From a virus, in the IMG/VR virus record IMGVR_UViG_3300045988_092551, positions 1 through 64,000 of that record: a stretch of DNA of 64,000 nucleotides. One strand, 5' to 3'. Shown in pieces: positions 34,352 through 43,300 of this stretch. Made by a program: the position numbers and the translations under genes. The notes beneath the pieces are model-generated. The model made no database searches. It had not been told where the DNA came from and saw only the letters and a list, made by a program, of their open reading frames with translations. Every line of letters starts with the position of its first letter. The first letter of the stretch is position 1.

Positions 34352-34385
34352 AAAAGAAAGGCGGCTACATGTTGTAAACCGCCTT
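34352..34385 (-). terminator. Rho-independent terminator after the tail-fibre operon
   Basis: On the minus strand: stem aaggcgg/ccgcctt, then cttttt. Lies directly after the stop at 34391. Confidence 0.6.
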
Positions 34386-34390
34386 AACAT

Positions 34391-34717
34391 TTAAAATACA
34401 TACGAAAGCCAATGGTAACGCTTTCTTCCCTCACGGTACGTAAGGTTGGTTTGATTATCATAAGCCTCCTGCTCAAAGGAAATGGCACGGTAAGCTTTAT
34501 GACTGTCTCTGAGGATGATAAGCCTGGCAAGCCATTCGATGAGATACCACAGATAGAAGAACACATAAAGCATTTCCTTCATTTGCTCGGTATGTATCTG
34601 TTCATGATTGAGCGATACATCACTGATTGGCTTGTCTCTTCTTGTGAAGAGAACCCCGAATAGGTTCACGTAACTGAAACCTCTAGGGGGAATGAATCTG
34701 TTCTTTACTATCTTCAT
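34391..34717 (-). CDS. small protein with HExxH motif (start moved to 'MKIVKNRF')
   Basis: 'SLNHEQIHTEQMKEM' contains HEQIH and is followed by a hydrophobic helix. The 34798 start would overlap the upstream gene. Confidence 0.45.
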   Translation of the reverse strand: MKIVKNRFIPPRGFSYVNLFGVLFTRRDKPISDVSLNHEQIHTEQMKEMLYVFFYLWYLIEWLARLIILRDSHKAYRAISFEQEAYDNQTNLTYREGRKRYHWLSYVF

Positions 34718-34728
34718 ATCTTCATCTT

Positions 34729-35289
34729 TTAAATAATTGACATTAATAAATACGTGAGGAACACGTCTGCAAACCCTGCTATCTCCAGCCAATACCAAGG
34801 GTGGAACTTGATGCTGCCGATATACCAGAAGCTACTGGTCACCTTGAAGAAATCAGTGGCAACAAGGTAGATGGTATATAGGAGGGCTATCACGAACGTT
34901 ATCCACCAGCATACCGACAAACACCAGCCTACACAACCTGCCGCTGCCACGATAGCTGCTGTCTTATGCACGGAATAGGCATCACGGTCGCAGTAATTCG
35001 GGGCAAAGCCTACGAAGCACAATCCTGCACAACCAAGGAAGGCAAGAAACTGAATGCCCATGCCTGTATCGAGCAGGCAGATAAGCATGAGGAAAGCTAC
35101 CGCAACCATGATTAGCGAGAAGAGCCAACCCATGTTGCGAGGCTGCTTGAAAGGAGCGATTTCGCTGCCCGTAGTAGGCTGCAACTGATAGTATGTATCG
35201 CTCACCATATTAGGGATGCCGAAGCGCAAAGCCATCAACAGTAGATACCCTCCAAGAAGGAGGAATGAGATAAATGCAAGATACCACAT
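34729..35289 (-). CDS. multi-pass membrane protein
   Basis: 186 aa, about six hydrophobic helices. Confidence 0.5.
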   Translation of the reverse strand: MWYLAFISFLLLGGYLLLMALRFGIPNMVSDTYYQLQPTTGSEIAPFKQPRNMGWLFSLIMVAVAFLMLICLLDTGMGIQFLAFLGCAGLCFVGFAPNYCDRDAYSVHKTAAIVAAAGCVGWCLSVCWWITFVIALLYTIYLVATDFFKVTSSFWYIGSIKFHPWYWLEIAGFADVFLTYLLMSII

Positions 35290-35293
35290 AAGC

Positions 35294-35932
35294 CTACACC
35301 TCCATCTTTAACTTGTCAGGATAGCCTGCACGATAATCATAGGTCAGGACACCTTCGATATTATCCAACTCGCTCACTGCCTTCTTGTGCGCTGCCGTCA
35401 CATTGAAGCACTCCAGGGCATACATTTCGAGGGCTGAGAGCAACTGTATAGCCTTGTCGCAGTCTACTTCGAGCTGATAGCTTCCCAGCCAGAGCGTAGT
35501 CTTCTGCTGTCCCATGCTCTTGGCAATGCTGGTAGAGTTCATCAGTCCTACTCTGGTAGCCTTGTCGAGCCATACCTCCATGCCGTTCAGCAGGAAGGAA
35601 TTGACGGACGAAGAAGCATCGTACTTTTCAATGTAGGCAAGCATCGCCTTCTTCATGTATTCCAATGGCTCTGCGCCAAGACCCTCACTAATCTCTTTAA
35701 TCTCTTCCATGCTTGCCTGTTCTCCACTCGACAAGATGTCGTTCAAGACAAATTCCATACTAGGCTTGTAGTCATACCGCTCAAGCATATAATCACACAG
35801 GGAGGATTCCTTTTCCTGCCCATCCTCTGTTTTTTCAACCTGCATGGTCTTAGCCCATGCCACTCTGTAGATGTCACCATCTATCACCCTAAAAGCCGCA
35901 AAATCGGCTGATTCACCAAATGTTTTAACCAT
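35294..35932 (-). CDS. hypothetical protein downstream of the tail fibre (possible fibre-assembly/DUF4376-like)
   Basis: 212 aa. Based on position and a weak remembered resemblance only. Confidence 0.4.
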   Translation of the reverse strand: MVKTFGESADFAAFRVIDGDIYRVAWAKTMQVEKTEDGQEKESSLCDYMLERYDYKPSMEFVLNDILSSGEQASMEEIKEISEGLGAEPLEYMKKAMLAYIEKYDASSSVNSFLLNGMEVWLDKATRVGLMNSTSIAKSMGQQKTTLWLGSYQLEVDCDKAIQLLSALEMYALECFNVTAAHKKAVSELDNIEGVLTYDYRAGYPDKLKMEV

Positions 35933-36024
35933 ATTATTACAATATAATTTCGTTTTTAAATATATTCTCCATTACTACCTTTTTCTTGCTTAAAGAAATG
36001 TGGTAAAATAACAAAGTCTAAGTG

Positions 36025-39000
36025 TTAAACAGAGCACACGGGACGGACACGATATACAGCTACCTTATCGTAATAATCAAAACGATTATTTAATACATTT
36101 AATGCCCATGCGTTGTCTATGTCTCCCTGAGTAGAAGTCCAATATAACCCACCATCAAATGTAGTAGAGCCAATAATATCAAATGCCTCATTAATTTTAG
36201 AAATATTATTACTAGCATCCTTTGCTTCGCCTAGCGACCACAGATAACCTATATTACCATTCTTGAATATATAATTGCGACAATACGCAGCAGCAGCAGC
36301 TTCTGTACCGAATCGTGCAATAATCTTTTCTGTATTCAATTTTCCTGCATAGTCTTTTATTGCATTTTCTTTATTAGTAGATGTTACAATTCCAGATACT
36401 TGAACAGAATCTCCCCAATAGTATGTCTCGTCAGAACGTGTTAAAGCAATTATAAACTTACTATTCTCTGTACCTACATATACACCTACAACCTTGCTAT
36501 TGTTGGCAGTATCCCAATTCTCAGAGAGCGTAAAGTGTCCATCTGTATCGTATATATATATACCAAGCGGTAATTTAGAATAAGTCATTATTACATTTCT
36601 ACTTGTACTAATACCTGCTGTGTAAGACTGACTTACAGGTGTAGCATATTCACTTATTCTACTTACACTTACTGTATACGTATTAACCGAAGGAATCTTG
36701 AACACAAGCGGTGTTCCCTTCCAGGTCTGCGTCTGTGTCTCTCCATTCATCGTGTTCTTGACGGTCACAACAGCACCGTTCAGCTTGCTATCTGACGATG
36801 ATACTGTACTTTTGAGCGTCACCGTCACGGTCTCATAGTAACCACCTCCACTAATCTCTCCCCACGTAGCCTTGCCGTTCGCTATGTTGTAGAGCTGATA
36901 GAATTTATATCCATGCTCGGCAGAGCTGTCCGCTACTCGGCACATATATCCTACCTTGAATGAGCGTGTCGTTCCGTTATCACTGAAGGTCAGCGTGCTT
37001 GATGTAGGAGCAGATGAGAGCGTAGGAATCACATATTCCGTATCAGTGAATTTGGCATTCGCTGGCACATTTGCATAGACGGTATGACCATTAACTTTGG
37101 AAGCATTATCCGCAATTGATGCGCTCGCTGCTTTTGCTGTTTTCTCAAGATATTTACTGTCTGCATCAGCAGTTTTAAGATATGCTGCCAAACTTTGATG
37201 AGAGGTAAGGAATCCGCTATCGTTAGTGAGTTGTGATACCTTAGTTGGTATTTGCGAAGTCTTGGCGTAGCCTGCGAGAGACTGATGTGAGGTAAGATAG
37301 TTACCCAAATCCACAGGTGTGCCACCAGTGGCAGAAATCGTCTTAGTCACACCATTAATCTTAACACTGTGAGTGTGAGTTTTATCACTCTTTCCGCTAA
37401 TATCTTGATGTGAGGTAAGATAATTACCCTTAGGCTGATACTTGGCTGCTGCGTCAGCATCTGTGATATACTTCAACCCCTTGACCCAGCTCTCAGTTGC
37501 ATATCCTGCGAGAGACTGATGTGAGGTAAGATAGTTACCCAAATCCACAGGTGTGCCACCAGTGGCAGGAATCGTCTTAATTACACCATTAATCTTAACA
37601 CTGTGAGTGTGAGTTTTATCACTCTTTCCGCTAATATCTTGATGTGAGGTAAGATAGTTACCTCTAGGCTGATACTTGGCGGCTGCGTCAGCATCGGTGA
37701 TATACTTCAACCCCTTGACCCAGCTCTCAGTTGCATATCCTGCGAGACTCTGATGTGAGGTGAGGAATGTTGCACCTTTTACAATAGCTAACGTCTTTCC
37801 GCTCTTTGTGATTGCTGTCACCGCATTGCCCGAACCGCTTACGTTTATAGCATTCACGTATCCGTCTAGCGACTGATGGGAGGTCAGATAATTGCCTATC
37901 GGCTGATAGGTCTGTCTTGCAACCTCAGTGGTAAGATACGCTGCGAGGATAGTTGCAACCTCCTTCTTGGTATAGGTATCGGTTATTCCGTATCCTCCGA
38001 GCGTAGTTGACTTATCAGCCTTCTTAGCAATAGCTTCCTCGATTGCCTTGTGAAGATTATCATCCTTTGCTAACTTGTCTGCAATCTCTTTCAGTGTATC
38101 AAGTGATTCAGGCGCTCCACCGACAAGATCAGCTATAGCCTTGCGGAATGAACCCTCAACTGTTGATGCACCGTTGATGATGTCAATGATGGCTTGCAAA
38201 GATGCCTCCTTTGCGGTCGCACGCTGCATTTCTTCCGTAAGCGATGTTCCCAGCGCATACTTGCTGTGAGTGTGTGACGTGATGTCACCAGTAAGCACTT
38301 TTTCTACCTTCTCCTTTGTAAGCTGATAGGAAGAAGAGACGGACACACCGCTGTCAATAAACTCACCCTGTGCGTCATCATATATCCACCAGTTGCCGTT
38401 TTGCACGTAAGGGGATTTTCCGTTTTCGCCCTTATCGCCCTTTACACCTTGCTCACCTTGAATACCCTGCTCACCTTGGATACCTTGTTCGCCTTGAATA
38501 CCCTGTTCACCTTGGATACCCTGCTCTCCCTTATCGCCTTTGTCACCTTTTTCGCCCTTTACATAGATATTGCTCTTTACGTAAGATTTCGAGTCCTTAT
38601 CCCATGCGTATACATAGTTGTCTTCCCCGATATATGTAGGATGGTTGGCAGTATCATTAGCATTATCAGCGGCATCAAGAGCTGCCTGCTTAGATGTAGC
38701 AAAATCAGTCTCTCGCTTTGATTCCGCAGCGACACGACCTTCCTCTGCCTTAACCCTCAATGCCTCGGCATTGGTGATGGAAGTGTTTACCTCGTTGGCT
38801 TTTCTTGCTTCACTGTTAGCGTTATCGGCAGCTGCGTTCGCTCTGTTTGCGGCATCAATGGCTGCTTGCTTCTGCTCTGTAATGTCCGTGATAGAAGCAT
38901 CTACTCTGTCAGCAGCTTCGTTTGCTTTTTGCGCTGCAACCTCCGCAGACTTCGCCTTTGCATCGGCATTGGCGGCAGATTTATTAGCCTTATCAGCCGC

Positions 39001-40044
39001 ATTGTTGGCATTTGTCGTTGCGGTGTTCGCATTCTCGGTCGCAGTATTCGCATTCTCAGTTGCGGCATTGGCGTTATCGGTTGCGGTCTTACATGCTTCG
39101 GTCTGTGTCCTGGATTCCGCAGCGGCATCGGTAGCAGGCTTCATCAGCTCTGCCTTGTCACTTTCCGTGAGGTCGGCAAAGCGGAGACGGATTCCCTTTG
39201 GAATACCGAGGTTCAGCTTGTAGACAGGGTTTCCGTCGGTATCTGTGCCCGAAGCTGATACGGAAGCCGTAGCTTCTGCGTCCTCGGCTAGGGTAGTCAC
39301 ATTGCCGATGAGAAACTGAGGGGTCTTGCCCGTAAAGCCACGGAAACCGCTCATATCTACAAGATAGGAGTAGAACTTCCGTCCTTGCTCATTAAGAGCA
39401 ACAACATAAAGTTTGGCGTTATCCTCGTCCTCCACATTAGCGGTATTGATGAGAATGAAATCATTCTCTGCAAAGGTGTTTACGTCCGTAGCATTCATCG
39501 CTGAAACGGAAGCGAATACCTTCTTAATCTGAAAAGCCTTACCAGTAAGGTTCACGTCCGTCTTGTCATAGCTATCAGTTGTCACATTCCATTTGTAATA
39601 GTAACCATCTGCGTCTACATAAGGAGGATGCGAGTAGGTAGACAATGCCTTTCTCGTTGCATCGTCCGCACTAGTTTTTGACTGTTTGAAGTCAATCTCA
39701 CGCTTCTTCTCAGCTTCCACACGGTTAGCCTCGGCAGCGCGACGCATCTTCTCAGCAGATTCACGTGACTTCTCTGCCTCCGTCACCTTATCGGAAAGCA
39801 CCTGCGCCTTGCTGATAGCCATCTGTGCTTTGTCGATAGCCTCAGACAAATCTACACCCTTATCCCACCAGTCGGTATCCGTAAGAGGATGACCGACACT
39901 TGTCATAGTGTTTGGGTCTACCCGTTTACAGATATATACAGTTACACTATCAATAACGATGTAGTCGAGCAACTGATACGCATAAGTAGGACTATAGGCT
40001 GTACCCACCTTAGTTGGGATAATTTTAATTACTTTCTTAGCCAT
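36025..40044 (-). CDS. tail fibre with collagen-like region, repeated GNYLTSHQ modules and DUF1566-like C-terminal domain
   Basis: The Gly-X-Y run 'GEKGDKGDKGEQGIQGEQGIQGEQGIQGEQGIQGEQGVKGDKGENG'. About eight 'GNYLTSHQ(S/D)' motifs. The C-terminus 'LYWTSTQ...AWALN...YRVRPV'. Confidence 0.8.
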   Translation of the reverse strand: MAKKVIKIIPTKVGTAYSPTYAYQLLDYIVIDSVTVYICKRVDPNTMTSVGHPLTDTDWWDKGVDLSEAIDKAQMAISKAQVLSDKVTEAEKSRESAEKMRRAAEANRVEAEKKREIDFKQSKTSADDATRKALSTYSHPPYVDADGYYYKWNVTTDSYDKTDVNLTGKAFQIKKVFASVSAMNATDVNTFAENDFILINTANVEDEDNAKLYVVALNEQGRKFYSYLVDMSGFRGFTGKTPQFLIGNVTTLAEDAEATASVSASGTDTDGNPVYKLNLGIPKGIRLRFADLTESDKAELMKPATDAAAESRTQTEACKTATDNANAATENANTATENANTATTNANNAADKANKSAANADAKAKSAEVAAQKANEAADRVDASITDITEQKQAAIDAANRANAAADNANSEARKANEVNTSITNAEALRVKAEEGRVAAESKRETDFATSKQAALDAADNANDTANHPTYIGEDNYVYAWDKDSKSYVKSNIYVKGEKGDKGDKGEQGIQGEQGIQGEQGIQGEQGIQGEQGVKGDKGENGKSPYVQNGNWWIYDDAQGEFIDSGVSVSSSYQLTKEKVEKVLTGDITSHTHSKYALGTSLTEEMQRATAKEASLQAIIDIINGASTVEGSFRKAIADLVGGAPESLDTLKEIADKLAKDDNLHKAIEEAIAKKADKSTTLGGYGITDTYTKKEVATILAAYLTTEVARQTYQPIGNYLTSHQSLDGYVNAINVSGSGNAVTAITKSGKTLAIVKGATFLTSHQSLAGYATESWVKGLKYITDADAAAKYQPRGNYLTSHQDISGKSDKTHTHSVKINGVIKTIPATGGTPVDLGNYLTSHQSLAGYATESWVKGLKYITDADAAAKYQPKGNYLTSHQDISGKSDKTHTHSVKINGVTKTISATGGTPVDLGNYLTSHQSLAGYAKTSQIPTKVSQLTNDSGFLTSHQSLAAYLKTADADSKYLEKTAKAASASIADNASKVNGHTVYANVPANAKFTDTEYVIPTLSSAPTSSTLTFSDNGTTRSFKVGYMCRVADSSAEHGYKFYQLYNIANGKATWGEISGGGYYETVTVTLKSTVSSSDSKLNGAVVTVKNTMNGETQTQTWKGTPLVFKIPSVNTYTVSVSRISEYATPVSQSYTAGISTSRNVIMTYSKLPLGIYIYDTDGHFTLSENWDTANNSKVVGVYVGTENSKFIIALTRSDETYYWGDSVQVSGIVTSTNKENAIKDYAGKLNTEKIIARFGTEAAAAAYCRNYIFKNGNIGYLWSLGEAKDASNNISKINEAFDIIGSTTFDGGLYWTSTQGDIDNAWALNVLNNRFDYYDKVAVYRVRPVCSV
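37271..37738. repeat. 234-bp tandem duplication inside the tail-fibre gene
   Basis: 37271-37504 and 37505-37738 differ at about 8 positions by eye. Each copy encodes a 78-aa module. Confidence 0.8.
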
Positions 40045-40097
40045 AATATTTTACTTTTACATATTATATACATATATGATTCTTGTAATACTGATAT

Positions 40098-40370
40098 TTA
40101 ACTGTCTATAGACAGACATCCAGACTTCGGGTCAAACGAAACCGTAAATTTAGAAATGGTTTTAACCTGCTCTTGCCACTCCACGAAAGTACCTTCATAT
40201 CCTGCATCCCTAGCAACCTCGTATGCCGATTTTCCACGAAAATCAGAACCTGCTATTCTGTAGCACTTTTGTGATTCACCTTCTTTACGTATAAGAAGTA
40301 AGGTGTCTGTATCATTGAGCTTGTCTACTGCGGACAGCTCAGTTACATTAATTGTTCCTGTTATTTCCAT
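40098..40370 (-). CDS. hypothetical protein
   Basis: 90-aa ORF between the giant tail protein and the fibre. Confidence 0.4.
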   Translation of the reverse strand: MEITGTINVTELSAVDKLNDTDTLLLIRKEGESQKCYRIAGSDFRGKSAYEVARDAGYEGTFVEWQEQVKTISKFTVSFDPKSGCLSIDS

Positions 40371-40395
40371 AAGCTTATTTATATTTTATAATTAT

Positions 40396-43300
40396 TTACG
40401 CATTTCTATGCGAACCGTTGAAGTAAGCATAACACCAATTCTCTCCATCAAAAATGAAATAGGTAAAAGTACCTGCTCTACCTATCTCTATTTTAGTCTG
40501 CAAACTGCCATCTGAATACATCTTCCCTGTACCGTAACCACCAGAACTGTCATACTCGATATACACGTTTGACGACACTTTAGAGTAAATCAGCAAAGTC
40601 TGACCTACAACAGGACCAGCAGGCAATTTTAGTGTAATACCACCTTTCGTAACTATCACTATACAATCAGAGCTACTTATTTGCCCGCTATAATTCATAA
40701 TTCTCAGATTAGGAGCAATAACTCCTTGTATAGCACCGTTTGTCTGCAAAGCCGTTGGTGTACCTGTAAAACCCTTGGCAATAACATTTATAGCCAACGC
40801 AGGCGAATCTTTCTTACTCTGTTCAGAATAAATATACTGCACTGGTTCGTATTGGGTATTATAAGCATAATTTGTTGGAAGATTCATGTTGTTATTCGAA
40901 CCTTTACAGACAGTTCTTGCAGCCATTCCAAACCACACGGCATTAAAATGATCCGCAGATGACTGATATGAAAACTCCGTACAGGACGTACCTACGCGAA
41001 AATAATCAGTATAAAGTGAACCACCTCGGATAAATAACGGGCAATACTGAATACCAGATACAACAGTTGCACCATTATATTCTGTACCCTTCGCTTGCAT
41101 AATATCCCCCCAATTATCATCCTTTTTAATGCTCCATATTCCGATTTTGCTATCTCCTGTGACATTAAGCTTAGTAGCTGTAATCTCCTGAGCATTGATA
41201 CCTTTAGCTACGACGTCTCCTGCATTAATGAATTTCGCATTGAGCTTTCCATTTTGGAACATAGCAGCTTCGTCATAGCCCTCAGAAGGATTGGCTTTCG
41301 GGGTTTTTACCTGTACTTTGTTTCCGTACAAGGTGACTTGTTCGCTCGTAATCTCTATACCAGCCTTCTTCAAGCTCGCCTTGTCAACCAAATCAGTTTT
41401 TCGCTCGGTGTACTCGGTCATGGTTGCACCTACCTCCAACTTAGGTTGGCAGACATATACATCATTACCGTTATTGCATCGTATAAGCAGATTCTCGGGA
41501 AGAGGGTGTTCGCTTGATGTATTAAGATGATAGTGTACCCAATAGCGTTTCCATTCGTTTGTTAGCTTGAAATCAACATTGCCATCTGTCGATACGGCAT
41601 CATGTTTATTGTTAGAACTCTCTACAAAGAAACGAGGTGTTCCATCCTTCCAAAGATAAGTACTAACCACACCCGTGCCCTTAGCGAGGAAAGAGAACAT
41701 ATAGTCTTGCCCATCATTGATGCGCCCGACCATATTCCATTGTAGCATTTCAATATACGTACTTGTTGTGTTGTTAGAATGAGCAACGGCATAAGCGTAT
41801 TCGTAACCTTCATTGATAATTTCGCTACTCTCTATTTTAAGATTACCACTCTTTTCCAATGACCTTGTATTATCAAGGATGTTGCCGCCAACATAATCGT
41901 AATCGTTATCCGATAACGTCCAACCGCCATACGTATCGCCCTCTTCCATCATAGGCTTACAGATATAAGCGTGGCATGTAGGATAATCAGTCGCACCAGT
42001 TGCGTCAGTTACCTTTGGAACGTTCTTATTATTGCTCCAGAAGTTCACGGCTAAGAATTCGGTTGCTTTTGCGTTGTTGGTATCAAGCACACAACTAATT
42101 TTCTCCCACTTATTCTTTTCGTGAACCTTGAAAGCAACACTTATCGCACTATCCACATTGTCTCTGCTCTGCTGATTGATGCTCTTCATGTAGAGGCATT
42201 CGATGTTAAACGTCAAGTCTAAGTTGTCGCTCTTTATCCAACATGAAAATACATACTTCTTACCCTTGACGATAGGAATGTTTGTAACAACACTATTTCC
42301 CTGTGTCGAATCCCAAAAAGCACCGATGTAGTTGCCCTCTCCTGTTCCCGAATACTTATCCGAGCTGTAAATGCAGTTTACGCCATCAACGCCTGTATTC
42401 TTCTCGATGCGAGCTACTGAATTTATAAACACGCTGTCCTGATTGCGGAATGCGCTATTCACCAAGAGATTGCGCCTTCCAATAGACTTTTCGCTTACAG
42501 AGAGGGAGATTTCTCTTGCCGTCTGTATGATAGAGCTTTTCCACTCCTTTAGTTCATTGCCTGTCGGCAAACCATCCAGCTTACCCGACATATCATTCAC
42601 CTTACCCGATATTTCAGAATACTGAGAAGTCAAAGTCTTATTATTGCTATACACATGGGCTACAAACTTGGTGATATTAACCTGGAATTTTACATAAGCG
42701 TAGTGTAATCCACCATGTTCGTCTGTAATCTGAACCTGAGCATATCCATTCTGAGCGGGCATTGTAATCCCGTCTACAGTAACATTAGTTATATTCTGGA
42801 TAATAACCATGTTCTTTTTTTGACCAGGACCAGGAGTGCAATTTAAATGATGGTTGTTGGTAAGCGAAAAACCACAATTGTTCGTTACATCCTGACCGTT
42901 ACGATAACATTTAATCTCAGCCGACTGCTTGGGAGTGAGAAGTTTCCCTTCATCGTTAGTATCAAATATAACCACCTCTGGAATTATCTGATATTCGAAC
43001 TCACTGCCGATAGTATAATTACCTATAGCTAATTGCTCGTCACCGTCTTTCTGCTTCAGAATAATATCAATAGTCTTAGCTGACGGGAAAGCCAAAAGGT
43101 CAATATAGCTATCACTCATCACGTCACTGTCCTTATACGCAAGATATTCTCCGTTAATGTATACATTACACGTCAGCGTATTATTCCACTTGCTAATAAG
43201 GTGTGTTATATTAGTTTTCTCCTGTATCTTATGAACATAGATATAGACTTTTTTCTCCTGCAACAAGAAATCTACAGTATAAGTGACTGGGGAAACTCCA

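Noticed and set aside
37271-38570. CRISPR-like periodic repeats
   Set aside because: The periodicity comes from in-frame protein repeats (GNYLTSHQ modules, Gly-X-Y) inside a long ORF. There is no repeat-spacer organisation and there are no cas genes.
38370-39258. Several plus-strand ORFs (89-201 aa, Ala/Leu/Ser-rich) inside the tail-fibre gene
   Set aside because: They are antisense to the collagen-like and Ala-rich coiled-coil region of the 1339-aa fibre. These are low-complexity shadows.
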